DNA from: an uncultured Desulfosarcina sp.
Lineage (GTDB): Bacteria > Desulfobacterota > Desulfobacteria > Desulfobacterales > Desulfosarcinaceae
NCBI GenBank assembly: GCA_963674945.2
Contig: CAXXWQ010000003.1
Span: 448,001-512,000 of the forward strand
Direction: 5' to 3'
DNA length: 64,000 nt
The notes beneath the pieces are model-generated. The model ran no database searches. It had not been told where the DNA came from and was given only the letters and a program-made list of their open reading frames with translations. Numbering within the stretch: position 1 is the first letter of the stretch; each line of letters starts with the position of its first letter. A program made the position numbers and the translations under genes. Shown piece after piece: positions 9,646 through 21,158 of this stretch.

Positions 9646-10061
9646 GTCCTTAGCCGGACGGCATTTCCTGCCTTAGATCATCTCCCGGCAAAGGCTTTAA
9701 TTGTCCTTCCGGATTCTTTGCCCACTCGACTGTTGTCCTGTTCATCGGCTTTTGGGCCTTTGCTTGTCATACTTTTTCATTCGCACTAAAATAGTACAAC
9801 ACTCTTTCGGCTTTGCGTCAATATTGTCAAAGTTTCATTCAGGCAACCGTATTTGGCGCGATTTTATATTTTTCGCGGGCATTGCCCGCTCCTGACTACA
9901 CCAACTAATAATTGGTTATTCGCTATACAATTTTTATTAAAAAGATACCTTTATGATAGCCTGAAAGGGCGGCCGGATTTAGTGATTAAAAGAAAGATTA
10001 GATGAAATAATAGTAGATGCTTTTATAATCCGTTAGAATCTTGATTTCCATTATACCTTTT

Positions 10062-11627
10062 GTAACCGTTCACGGGGCATTTTAGGGCTGACATCATGGC
10101 CTTTAACCCATTGAAAACAAAGCATAAATTGTGTGCACCGTAACTGCCTGAAATAATTTAAAATAAATCTAGATTTTTTCTTTTAACTATGTTAGAGTGC
10201 TTTTCATGGCACTCAAAAGACCATTTTCAGAACTCGATTGGCAACTGACACCAGAGGCGGTGAGAAATTACATCCTATATCTGGAACAGGCGCTTCATGA
10301 TATGCAAAAATGGGTTGAGACCCATGAAAAACGCATAGAGAAACTTGAAGTCCAGACCAAAATGAATTCTCGTAATTCCAGTAAACCGCCCTCATCCGAT
10401 CCGCCTTTTAGCAAGCAGAAAAGAAAACAGAAAAAGAGCAAGCGATCCAAAGGCGGACAAAAAGGACACAAACCGCACCAGCAACAACTGCTCGAGCCGA
10501 CAAAGCAACATTCGTTGATGCCAAAATGCTGCAGTTGTGGTCATTCGGTGTTCGATCAGGAAAAGATGAAGCCTTTTTACACCCATCAACAGATCGAACT
10601 TCCCAAAATCGAAATGGAAGTCAGCCACTATATTCTGCACAAGTGCGATTGCCCCAATTGCGGGAAGGTTGTCAAAGCCAAGCTGCCATCTGCCCTGTCG
10701 AGCGGATACGGTCCCCGATTTACCGCATTTGTTGGTGAATTAAGCGGTATTAAAGGGATGAGCCGAATGGACGTAAAGCAGTTATGCGACTCTGTGTTAG
10801 ACATTCCCATTGCTACGGGGACGATCCAAAAAATCGTTGACCGCACTTCAATGGCGATTTTGCCTGTGTATGAACGTATCGGGGGTATCGCCAGAAGTTT
10901 CTGGTGCAATTATATCGATGAGACCTCCTGGTTTACAGAAAACGATCTGCACTGGCTGTGGGCCATGGTCAACGAGCGGGTTGCTTTCTATCGCATAGAC
11001 CCGCATCGCTCCAAGGTGGCTTTCGAAGCACTCATCCAGGACTGGAACGGCATTCTGGTCAGCGACGGTTACGGCCTGTATCAAAAATGGGTTCACCGCC
11101 AGACGTGCCTGGCTCATCTAATCCGTAAGGCCGATTCTCTGGCGGAGAGAAAGAAGCCGGATTTACGTCGCTTCGGAGAAATCGTCGCCGCTTGGTTGAG
11201 ACAACTGGTATCGTTTGCCAAAGAGCCACCCGACCCAAAGCAATGGTCGGATTTTTATACATTCTTCTTGTTTACCGTGTCCCTTTGGGAACCCGATAAA
11301 ACGGATGCAGGAAAACTCGCTCGGCAGATCATCCGGGAAATGAACAACCTATGGGTGTTTATGGATCACAAGGGCGTCGATCCCACAAACAATCGTGCCG
11401 AAAGAGCGCTACGCTTTGGTGTATTGTGGCGGAAACGAAGCCTTGGCACCCAAAGCGAGAAAGGAAACCGTTGGGTTGAGCGGATATTGTCACTGAAAGA
11501 AACCTGTCGCTTACAAGCAAAGCAGACTTTTCCTTTTCTCGTGGAGTGCATTACTTCCTATTTTCGAAATTTAGAGCCAAACCTTTCCTGGATTTAATCC
11601 AATGGGTGTTACCCTGTGAATGCGTAC
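10062..11627 (+). mobile_element. IS66-family insertion sequence (single-ORF type) with 8-bp target duplication
   Basis: Left end GTAACCGTTCACGGGG (10062); right end reverse complement GTACGCATTCACAGGG (ends 11627). TACCTTTT is repeated at 10054-10061 and 11628-11635. Confidence 0.93.
10197..11597 (+). CDS. IS66-family transposase (TnpC-like)
   Basis: NSRNSSKPPSSD, GGQKGH, zinc finger, IDET, LVSDGY, QTCLAHLIR, PTNNRAERALR. Confidence 0.95.
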   Translation: MLFMALKRPFSELDWQLTPEAVRNYILYLEQALHDMQKWVETHEKRIEKLEVQTKMNSRNSSKPPSSDPPFSKQKRKQKKSKRSKGGQKGHKPHQQQLLEPTKQHSLMPKCCSCGHSVFDQEKMKPFYTHQQIELPKIEMEVSHYILHKCDCPNCGKVVKAKLPSALSSGYGPRFTAFVGELSGIKGMSRMDVKQLCDSVLDIPIATGTIQKIVDRTSMAILPVYERIGGIARSFWCNYIDETSWFTENDLHWLWAMVNERVAFYRIDPHRSKVAFEALIQDWNGILVSDGYGLYQKWVHRQTCLAHLIRKADSLAERKKPDLRRFGEIVAAWLRQLVSFAKEPPDPKQWSDFYTFFLFTVSLWEPDKTDAGKLARQIIREMNNLWVFMDHKGVDPTNNRAERALRFGVLWRKRSLGTQSEKGNRWVERILSLKETCRLQAKQTFPFLVECITSYFRNLEPNLSWI

Positions 11628-13057
11628 TACCTTTTTAATCGGTGGCGTAACGTATTTCGACTAATCCCGAGCATCCGGGCGGCTTTGACCTGATTATTAC
11701 CGCATTCTTCAAGGACTTTCAGAATGATGGTCTTTTCCACGGTCTCAATGATATTGGTATGAATGCCTTCTTTGAATAGCTGGATTACTTCCGGTAGAAT
11801 ATTTTGAATCTTGTCTTTTAAACGACTCATCACCTGCTGTCGGTTTAAGGTCTGAGCACAGAGCTCTTTTTGTTTGTCCAGAAGCTCGATATGCTCTTCC
11901 ATTATAACGTCTCCGGCACAGAGGATAACAGCCCGCCGCAGGCAGTTTTCCAACTCGCGAATATTTCCAGGCCAGGAATAGGTTGTAAAATGATGTAAGA
12001 CCTCTTCCGACACACGACGGATCGGTTTGCTGTATTCGGCCCCGAACCGGCCGATAAAATAATCCATCAGTTCCGGGATATCTTCGGATCTTTTTCTTAA
12101 CGGCGGAAGGTCAATGGCAATGACTTTCAGCCGCCAATATAGATCTTCTCTAAACAATCCTTCCTGAACTGCTATGGAGAGGTCCTTGTTGGTTGCCGCA
12201 ATAATACGGACATCGACTTTGATGGTTTTTACGCCCCCTAACCTTTCAATCTCGCCTTCCTGCAAAACACGAAGCAATTTGGCCTGTAAGGCCATGGATA
12301 TGTCCCCAATTTCATCCAAAAAACAGGTCCCCCCGTTTGCTCGCTCGATTTTACCGATTTTGGTGCGAGAGGCACCGGTAAATGCACCGGGTTCATAGCC
12401 GAACAACTCACTTTCGAAAAGTTGCTCCGGTATGGCGGCGCAATTAATGGCAAGAAACGGTTTTTCCTTTCGTCGGCTGTGGTGATAAATGGCTTTTGCC
12501 GCCAGTTCTTTTCCGGTACCACTTTCACCGGTGAGCAGCACCGCCACGTTTTTTTCTGCAATCTGGCCGATGGTTTTATAGACCGATTGCATAGTTTTGC
12601 TCCGTCCTACCATTTTCAACGTCTTATCCAAAGAAGCCATTTCAAATGGAGAAACCGCATCGGGAATCAAGACAACTTCCTTCATTCGGCGGTTCAATTC
12701 CAAGGCCTCGCTGACAATACGGCTAAGCTCCTTTCTTTCAAATGGTTTGCTTAAATAATCATAAGCCCCCCGTTTTATGGTTTCGATGGCCGTATCGGTG
12801 CTGCCGTATGCGGTCATGATGATAATCGGAGTTTTAACCTGCGCATCTTTGATTCTTTTTAACGTGTCCAGCCCGTTAAGTCCCGGCATCTTATAATCCA
12901 ACAGAATCAGATCGAAACTTTCATCGTTGATTTTCCTGATGGCGTCTTCACCGCTGAGACAAGTGGTCACGTCATACCCTTTTCTCTTGAAAAACCGGTT
13001 GAGAAAATGGTTTAAACCTTCGTCATCGTCAATGAGTAATATTTTTTCCATTTGCAT
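11627..13057 (-). CDS. Sigma-54-dependent response regulator (NtrC family; REC, AAA+, Fis HTH), C-terminus clipped by the IS
   Basis: ILLIDDD/LLDYKMPG, GESGTGKEL, ESELFG..GAFTGA, WPGNIRELEN, NQVKAARMLGISRNTL. Confidence 0.95.
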   Translation of the reverse strand: MQMEKILLIDDDEGLNHFLNRFFKRKGYDVTTCLSGEDAIRKINDESFDLILLDYKMPGLNGLDTLKRIKDAQVKTPIIIMTAYGSTDTAIETIKRGAYDYLSKPFERKELSRIVSEALELNRRMKEVVLIPDAVSPFEMASLDKTLKMVGRSKTMQSVYKTIGQIAEKNVAVLLTGESGTGKELAAKAIYHHSRRKEKPFLAINCAAIPEQLFESELFGYEPGAFTGASRTKIGKIERANGGTCFLDEIGDISMALQAKLLRVLQEGEIERLGGVKTIKVDVRIIAATNKDLSIAVQEGLFREDLYWRLKVIAIDLPPLRKRSEDIPELMDYFIGRFGAEYSKPIRRVSEEVLHHFTTYSWPGNIRELENCLRRAVILCAGDVIMEEHIELLDKQKELCAQTLNRQQVMSRLKDKIQNILPEVIQLFKEGIHTNIIETVEKTIILKVLEECGNNQVKAARMLGISRNTLRHRLKR

Positions 13058-14900
13058 AGGGTTCTTCAGATGTTATCGGGAGAATAAGGGAAATGACGGC
13101 ACCGCCTTTTTCCTGGTTGTTTACATGGATTTCTCCATTATGGCTTTTTATAGTGTTAAATACCATGGGCAGCCCAAGGCCCGTTCCTGCTGATTTAGTA
13201 GTAAAAAAAGGGTCAAAAATAAAATCAATGTTTTCCAGGGAAATCCCTGGCCCCGAATCCATAATATCGATGCGGATAACAGGAACCGGAAATTTGCCGG
13301 CCCCTGTTATTTTCATGGTTTCCGGTTTTACGGTTATCTGGATCATCCCATTCTCCTGCATGGCTTCCAAGGCATTGATAAAAAGATTGATCAACGCCTC
13401 TTCAAGCAATTTCTTGTCCCCGGTTATTTCGGGCAAATTTTGCGCCACATGGGTTTTGACCACACTTTCCTGTTTGTTGGCCAGAGGTCGAATCAGTGAA
13501 ACAACGTCCGCAATCAGTTGCGCCATAGAAATTTTCGAAAAAACCATTTCCTTTGGCTTGGTATAATCCAACAATCGGTTAATAGCAGCTTCGATACGAG
13601 ATATCTGCCCCATACCAATGATAAAATCTTCTGCATATTCCTGTGAAATTTCGATTTCGCCCTGGATGGATTCCAAAAATAGCTTGAGAGAAGTCAAGGG
13701 GGTGCGGATTTCATGAGCAACGGCGGCACCCAAGCGCCCCAAGGCGGCAAATTTCTCCGACCGTTCGGCGATGAGTTTAAATTGTTTCAGCGTCTGATCG
13801 GTTTCTTTAAGTTCCGCGGCTTTCAGGTTGAATTGATGTTCAAGCGTGTTTTGCCTATACTGAATCTTCTGAGCCATGTCTGCAAAAGCACGGCATAAAA
13901 CCCCGATTTCATCCCGACGTTGGGTCTGAAAGATTTCGGTATTGAAATCGGCTACGGCAAGGAATTTCGCTGATCGGCTAAGGTTCCGGACCGGCCTGAT
14001 AACATGGTATGAAAAGACCCAAGTCAGCATGAATGCGCTACTAATGGCCAGAACAATCATAATATAGACGAGGCGTTTCAAACTGTCCATGCTTTGAAAC
14101 GCCTCATCCCTATCCTGTTCAACCACGATGTACCAATCCGTCCCTCCAACCTGACGGGAGGTTCCTAACACCTCGATGTTGCGATAATCCAGATAAGTTT
14201 TTTTTGGCCCCCTGCTCCCGAAAAGGTTTTTAAAGCTTTCCGATTGAGAGATATTTTCCGTTAAAATACGTCCAGGTTCCTTATGAGCGAGAAAGGTCCC
14301 ATTCTTATCTACAAGATAGCATTCACCGGTTTCTCCAAGAGCCACCTGCAAAATAATGGTGATGATATTATTGGTTCCCACAGTACCAAAAACGGTGCCG
14401 ATACGATCGCCGTTGTCAAAAATCGGTGCAGTAATTCGAAAAGTTGATTCCCTTTCCTTTGGGAGATAGGTAATGGGAGAAAGAACAAGGGGTTTGGTAG
14501 AACAGCCGGATAGGTGAGCAGTATCAAATTTTGGATACGTTTCGTTTGTACTCAAAACGAAATCATTTTGAGCAGACAGCACCGAGATATCGTTGTACAC
14601 CCCGTAATGGATTTGTATCAGCTTGAGATATGGGGCAATCAATGCCGGGTCCAACGATTTTAATAGTGATGTACCGGCAATCACCTGCATATCCTGTTTG
14701 CGTTCCTCCAGCCACCGCTCCAGTATGGCAGCCTTGTCTGTGGCAATGTTTTCAAGTTGACGCAATACCAGATTTTCAATTAGCGATTCGGTAGTATTGA
14801 TGGAAAATACGCCAACCACGGCTAAAGGAAAAAGTGCAAGCACCAAAAACAGGAGCACCAGCTTGGTTTTAAGTGCAAAAAACTTTTTAAAGAACCTCAA
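13029..14900 (-). CDS. Sensor histidine kinase (Cache-like periplasmic domain, HAMP, HisKA, HATPase)
   Basis: Two TM segments; AHEIRTPL, NLFINALEA, DSGPGI, FDPFFTTK..GTGLGL. Confidence 0.93.
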   Translation of the reverse strand: MRFFKKFFALKTKLVLLFLVLALFPLAVVGVFSINTTESLIENLVLRQLENIATDKAAILERWLEERKQDMQVIAGTSLLKSLDPALIAPYLKLIQIHYGVYNDISVLSAQNDFVLSTNETYPKFDTAHLSGCSTKPLVLSPITYLPKERESTFRITAPIFDNGDRIGTVFGTVGTNNIITIILQVALGETGECYLVDKNGTFLAHKEPGRILTENISQSESFKNLFGSRGPKKTYLDYRNIEVLGTSRQVGGTDWYIVVEQDRDEAFQSMDSLKRLVYIMIVLAISSAFMLTWVFSYHVIRPVRNLSRSAKFLAVADFNTEIFQTQRRDEIGVLCRAFADMAQKIQYRQNTLEHQFNLKAAELKETDQTLKQFKLIAERSEKFAALGRLGAAVAHEIRTPLTSLKLFLESIQGEIEISQEYAEDFIIGMGQISRIEAAINRLLDYTKPKEMVFSKISMAQLIADVVSLIRPLANKQESVVKTHVAQNLPEITGDKKLLEEALINLFINALEAMQENGMIQITVKPETMKITGAGKFPVPVIRIDIMDSGPGISLENIDFIFDPFFTTKSAGTGLGLPMVFNTIKSHNGEIHVNNQEKGGAVISLILPITSEEPYANGKNITH

Positions 14901-14941
14901 TATGCAAATGCCTCGCTTTTACCTTCAAAATATTTTTCCTG

Positions 14942-17524
14942 TTATATCCAGCAACACACAAGTTCCTGCGTAACCACATCCGACTTGATGACCAATTCCC
15001 GGTTTTTTAAATCATAGACCTTTACCACATGGGCAAATCCCTCATCCTGGGGACGAATTTGAGAAAGCATGTTGGGCAATTCGGAAAGCAATTCCGGCCG
15101 GAACACGACATCCGTATTTTCCGGATAAATCGCAGCATAAAAAATACGTGTCTCGGTAAGATCATGAAAAAAATGGGTGCCGAAGGAGAGGTCTGGAATC
15201 ATGCTGCCGGGCTGATAGCTGATTTCCATCAGGGCGGTAACGTGATTAATTTCGGAAAATTTTACCGGCACACCCATGGCCGGGGTCTGCGTTCCCCAGC
15301 GACCCGGCCCCATGATCATGGTGGGATTTTTTTTCGGGTCCACGATTTCCCTGTTGAGCTTTCCGATGAGGCGGGCCACGCTGTACTTTTCCGATAATGA
15401 TGTGCTTGCGTAGTTTTCCGGTTCCACCCAGATCAGGCTGGTGATGGGAAACGAGACATTGCCCCCCATGAAATTCCCTTCCATCCGTATAAAGACCTTT
15501 TTCGGATCAATTTTTTGCGGAACGGGTATATCGGTGGTGTTGTAAATGGTCTGGAACGGACGGCATTGCAACAGGTTGACCTGGATATCACCCGCTGAAT
15601 TATGGTTAATTGTGAATTCTATTTCAACCGGCGTGGCATAGGCGCGCTCAATGGTTTTAAGCATTCGTCCCATGATGTCGACAAAAGGTGTGTGGGTCAA
15701 AAAATCATCAAAGGTCAATATCCATTGTGCTTCCAGAGATTTATTCATGCCGTAGCTTTTGGCTTTGTCGTCCCGGACGGCAATGGCCGACATATCGATG
15801 TCCCGGACTTTTCTGGCCAGTTCCCATAGTGAAATTGTTTTTACGATGTTTTCCCTAAGATCCAGATAATCCACGTAATGCTGCGAGTATTTTTTGATGT
15901 CCCGCATGCCGGCAAGGGGTTTGATTATGGGATCATCCATCGCCACAATTCGTGGATAGTCATTTTCAACCCGATTCACGGCACGGGTTCCAAGCCCCAT
16001 GACCAGCCTCAGCATTCCGGCCCCGGGGTCCATGTTTTTTTTCCAGACATAGGGGTTATGGGACAACCCTACACCGGCGAGTTCCGGAAAAAAATAGTTA
16101 TGATGATCAGACCCGGACACCCGCTGCACCATGATGGCCATTTGCTCATCCATTTGGTCCAGCCCCCTCTGGCGCCTGTAGGCAAGCGCGTCTTCACTCA
16201 TTGTTCCTGCAAAGATGCGCTTTACCGCATCCTCAAACGCTTCATAGCGTTTTTCCGGAGAAGCCTGATTGACGCAGAAGAAACTGTCATACCGCCCGGC
16301 GAATGCACTGCCGAAGGCGTCTTCCAACAGACTGCTGGAACGAACGATAATGGGAGACTGCCCAAAATAATCCAGCATGAGTCGAAACCGCTCCCGGATG
16401 GATTCGGGGAAAGTCCCTGAAAAAATTTTACGTTCCAGTTCAGCGGCTCTCGAGAAATACCCTTCCGGGGTTTTTTGGGCCATGAAAAGTTTCCACCACC
16501 CATTTTGGACGATATAGGAGTAGAACACATCGGAACCAATATAAAACGAATCATGTGGCTCCAAGGTACGCAGCCAGTCGTATCCCGGATCTTTGAGTAT
16601 TATCTTTCTCGAAAGCACCATGCCAAGCGCCTTACCCCCGACAAATCCCGTACCGATTAATCTCTCCTTGATGAAAAGCAGATCATCGAGGGACAAAAAC
16701 CGTCGAATCAATCCCAAAATCCTTTTATTACGGCTTAACAACAGGCGGCTGAGCTGTTCCACCTTGTCTTCTTTTTCCCTTGGATCTGCGTTGGATACCA
16801 GAAGGTTTTGGGCCTGTATAAAAAGATGGTCCCAGTAATCCAGAATCCGCTGCGCATTTGCGGCTTTTTCCCGCTGAAGATGGGAAAACAGACGTGTGGC
16901 TTCTACACTGTTGATCACCGGAACCAGAGTGGATTTTTCCTTGATATGGGGGAAAAACATGGTAGAGGCATAACGGCCCTGAATCTTGATAGGATGAATA
17001 CAGAGTTTGCGTTCGTAGCTATAGATATCAATGAGGACTTGGGTGGTTTCCCTGATGCCGGCAATGGCTTTGAAGGAATGGCGATTTCGCAAAATCGCGA
17101 AATAGGCAATGGTATTCAGTTCGAAGAGATAAGGACAAGTGACGAAAAAGAAGTTGACGATCATCAGATCCGTGGCCCATTCGTGGAGAAGGTCCGACAG
17201 GGAATCAAACACATAAAATATGTCTTTGCCTTCCCGGGTGATGATGCCGTGAACTTGTGTGGTAAACGATTCAAAGCCCGCTGTTACATCCAAATCATAT
17301 ATCCGGATATTCCGGCGTGGAGCCAAAATCGGGGCATGCCGGGCAAAACGCATATATACCACTCGCTCGTTGGTGGCCACGGCATTGTTTACAAAATATG
17401 ATACTAATTTGCGATAGGCATCAATATCATCCACCTGCCAAACCACATTGTCTCCCCTGCGAAGATGGTCGATGATATTGTCCAGACTTTCCCAACCCGT
17501 ACTGACATGTGAGTAGTATGCCAT
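14942..17524 (-). CDS. PEP/pyruvate-binding (PPDK/PEPS ATP-grasp-like) protein with a degenerate KaiC-like N-terminal domain
   Basis: GGKALG, PIIVRSSSLLED.FG.AFAG.Y, MAIMVQRV, GLGTRAV, VEIEF, LLQCRP. N-terminus VSTGWESLD...GDNVVW...VFDSL. Confidence 0.85.
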   Translation of the reverse strand: MAYYSHVSTGWESLDNIIDHLRRGDNVVWQVDDIDAYRKLVSYFVNNAVATNERVVYMRFARHAPILAPRRNIRIYDLDVTAGFESFTTQVHGIITREGKDIFYVFDSLSDLLHEWATDLMIVNFFFVTCPYLFELNTIAYFAILRNRHSFKAIAGIRETTQVLIDIYSYERKLCIHPIKIQGRYASTMFFPHIKEKSTLVPVINSVEATRLFSHLQREKAANAQRILDYWDHLFIQAQNLLVSNADPREKEDKVEQLSRLLLSRNKRILGLIRRFLSLDDLLFIKERLIGTGFVGGKALGMVLSRKIILKDPGYDWLRTLEPHDSFYIGSDVFYSYIVQNGWWKLFMAQKTPEGYFSRAAELERKIFSGTFPESIRERFRLMLDYFGQSPIIVRSSSLLEDAFGSAFAGRYDSFFCVNQASPEKRYEAFEDAVKRIFAGTMSEDALAYRRQRGLDQMDEQMAIMVQRVSGSDHHNYFFPELAGVGLSHNPYVWKKNMDPGAGMLRLVMGLGTRAVNRVENDYPRIVAMDDPIIKPLAGMRDIKKYSQHYVDYLDLRENIVKTISLWELARKVRDIDMSAIAVRDDKAKSYGMNKSLEAQWILTFDDFLTHTPFVDIMGRMLKTIERAYATPVEIEFTINHNSAGDIQVNLLQCRPFQTIYNTTDIPVPQKIDPKKVFIRMEGNFMGGNVSFPITSLIWVEPENYASTSLSEKYSVARLIGKLNREIVDPKKNPTMIMGPGRWGTQTPAMGVPVKFSEINHVTALMEISYQPGSMIPDLSFGTHFFHDLTETRIFYAAIYPENTDVVFRPELLSELPNMLSQIRPQDEGFAHVVKVYDLKNRELVIKSDVVTQELVCCWI

Positions 17525-17555
17525 GCTTTCTTTCCCATGCACCCACCAACATTCA

Positions 17556-17598
17556 AAAGGATGATTTGAAGGGATAAAATCCCCTCAAATCATCCTTT
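17556..17598. terminator. Stem-loop between gdhA and the PEP/pyruvate-binding gene
   Basis: Inverted repeat AAAGGATGATTTGAAGGGA / TCCCCTCAAATCATCCTTT. Confidence 0.6.
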
Positions 17599-17622
17599 GT
17601 ACTGGTTTGGCCGGGGTTGGAT

Positions 17623-18996
<1,374 letters not shown>

Positions 18997-19539
18997 TTAA
19001 TTTGCATATTTATATTCAAAAACATCATAGTTTCCATCATCTTTAATAGTGTAAATTTTTGCGGTTTTTTGTCTTTGCCAAACCGGCCGTTTCAATTTGT
19101 AATAAGTGACATCATCAGCAGTAAGGCCGTCAATGCCGACAAATTCTCTTTTCAGTTCTGCGAGGCTGTCAAAACCACTTCCGAAAAACGGCAGCTTTGA
19201 AAAATAGGGGCGGGGACTTTGCATGTCCGTTGCGACTGCAAAATGAGTTGGAAATATGGGATCACCAAACACCAGCAGATAACGGTCCGAAGATGTTGCG
19301 ATATGATAGTCGGAGGGGATATCATCTTTCTCAATTTCGTCATAATACTCTTTTAAAATAGCCCCGGCTTCAACATTATCCACATCGTCAACAGCCATAA
19401 GATCGGTGGATGAGAAGTAACCTAAAACATAAAGAGCAATGCTGAAAGAACTGATCTGCTCATAAATGGGCTGTTCTCTATCACAAATCATTATGATTTC
19501 ATCGATTCTTTCTCTGACGAGAATTCCCTCTGCGTCCAT
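18997..19539 (-). CDS. Hypothetical acidic protein directly upstream of gdhA
   Basis: Open frame with GAGGTG before ATG 19539; ends 18 bp before the gdhA start. Confidence 0.7.
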   Translation of the reverse strand: MDAEGILVRERIDEIIMICDREQPIYEQISSFSIALYVLGYFSSTDLMAVDDVDNVEAGAILKEYYDEIEKDDIPSDYHIATSSDRYLLVFGDPIFPTHFAVATDMQSPRPYFSKLPFFGSGFDSLAELKREFVGIDGLTADDVTYYKLKRPVWQRQKTAKIYTIKDDGNYDVFEYKYAN

Positions 19540-19598
19540 AATGCACCTCTTGCTAAGCAAAAAGAAAAACCGTTTTTGTGACATTTGGACTATATCTT

Positions 19599-19615
19599 GT
19601 CAAAAGATATGCCAA
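19599..19615 (-). promoter_or_regulatory. Possible sigma-54 promoter
   Basis: Minus strand TTGGCATATCTTTTGAC, i.e. GG-N10-GA. The -12 position deviates from the GC consensus. Confidence 0.45.
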
Positions 19616-19791
19616 AATAGAGAATGCCTTAAATATTTTTTAAATCTTGATTTAATTAGATAATATAAAGTAACGAGGGGAAACGGAAAATTCAGGGGTG
19701 GTGAAATATCAACTGATGTTCTCGTTGAGAAGAAGAATTGTCCTTCGAAAGGGTTGTGGATATCAAGACCAAAGCGGAAAATACATTAAAA

Positions 19792-19808
19792 TGTTCAAAA
19801 CTTGAACA
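19792..19808. promoter_or_regulatory. Palindromic site, candidate enhancer-binding-protein UAS
   Basis: Perfect 7-3-7 palindrome TGTTCAA-AAC-TTGAACA, about 180 bp upstream of the sigma-54-like site. Confidence 0.45.
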
Positions 19809-19956
19809 AAGATGGTGGAAAACAATCAAATGATACACCGCTCTTTCGGCTCTGCGTTAATAGGGGGCAGATTTTATTGTAACGAAACGAAAATGTGTGT
19901 CTCCTAAAGAATATCGAAAAAATGGGCTACGACCAATCAACTCAGCGGTGATGGAC

Positions 19957-20790
19957 ATGACCATGCGAAAAATCACATCTTTGACGGCAGCCTTGTCGTT
20001 TATCGTCACTATCGTTACGAGCGTTATTCTCTATATCGTTCCCCAGGGTCGTGTCGCCTACTGGGCGGACTGGCGATTGTGGGGCTTATCCAAAGAACAG
20101 TGGGGCAACGTCCACATCAACGTGGGCCTTCTCTTTCTTCTCGCCCTGGGACTGCACATCTATTACAACTGGCGGCCGCTCATGGCCTATCTCAAGAATC
20201 GCTCCCGGCAGATGAGGGTGTTCACCCCCTCCTTCAACGTTGCCCTGGCCATTTGCCTGGCAACGGTATTCGGAACGCTTCTCGTGGCCCCACCCTTTTC
20301 TTGGGTACTGGACCTGAACATTGCCTTCAAGGATTCGGGGGCACGAAAATATGGCGAACCCCCATACGGCCACGCCGAACTTTCCTCCCTGCGTACATTC
20401 GCCAAAAAAGTGGAGCTGGATACGCAGGTTGCCATCCAACGGCTGAAGGATTCCGGTTTTCGTGTTACCGATGGAAATCAAACCTTACAGGAACTGGCTG
20501 GTCTCAACAAAACCACGCCCAAGGCCCTGTTCGAGGCGATGAAAGCCGGTGCGCCACGCGCCACCGAAGAGAAGCGGCTACCCGGCACTCCGCCACCGGG
20601 CACCGGGCGGTTGAGCATTGCCGAACTTTGCACCACCTACGGTCTGGATCCCAATGCGTTGGTTGCTGCCCTGAAAGCCCGTGGAATTGACGCCGCCCCC
20701 ACCGATGCACTGCGCACCATTGCCGAAAACCATAAAATGGGGACGGTCGACCTGTACGAACTGATAAAAACAACAACCGAAAACAAATAA
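19957..20790 (+). CDS. DUF4405-like membrane protein
   Basis: TSVILYIVPQGRVAYWADW.LWGLSKEQW..VH...LHIYYNW, followed by PPYGHAELSSL and repeated helical domains. Confidence 0.75.
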   Translation: MTMRKITSLTAALSFIVTIVTSVILYIVPQGRVAYWADWRLWGLSKEQWGNVHINVGLLFLLALGLHIYYNWRPLMAYLKNRSRQMRVFTPSFNVALAICLATVFGTLLVAPPFSWVLDLNIAFKDSGARKYGEPPYGHAELSSLRTFAKKVELDTQVAIQRLKDSGFRVTDGNQTLQELAGLNKTTPKALFEAMKAGAPRATEEKRLPGTPPPGTGRLSIAELCTTYGLDPNALVAALKARGIDAAPTDALRTIAENHKMGTVDLYELIKTTTENK

Positions 20791-20806
20791 GAAAACCATT
20801 GCCACC

Positions 20807-21001
20807 ATGCCCACGACCGAATGCCGCTGTGACCATTGCGGCCATACCTTTCACCAACTGACCTTCAGCGACGATCCCATCGATCCGGTATGTCCGCGCT
20901 GCAGGCAAAAGAAGGTCGCCGCAAAAAAAGAACCGGACAGATTCATGTCCGGTTCCGGTATGGGCTCCAGATTGGCCGGCATCCCCAAGGGGCCATCCTG
21001 A
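20807..21001 (+). CDS. FmdB-family zinc ribbon protein
   Basis: MPTTECRCDHCGHTF...CPRC. Confidence 0.7.
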   Translation: MPTTECRCDHCGHTFHQLTFSDDPIDPVCPRCRQKKVAAKKEPDRFMSGSGMGSRLAGIPKGPS

Positions 21002-21158
21002 GCCCAATGAGCCGGTGACGGTCGGTCGCCGCCTGAGCAACACGCCCAAAGCATCCCTGTAAGATCTTATTCGTTGGAACGGATAGACACCATAGACGGA
21101 AGATCGTCGATTTCATGGCAGCACCGGCCGTGGTGCTGCCATTTTCGTAATTATCCGT

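Noticed and set aside
9650..10020. Short ORFs after the GATase gene
   Set aside because: They are short, AT-rich and have no recognisable similarity; a gene remnant cannot be supported.
19587..19602. Single NrdR-box-like sequence GGACTATATCTTGTCA
   Set aside because: Only 11/16 match, no partner box, and it overlaps the sigma-54-like site.
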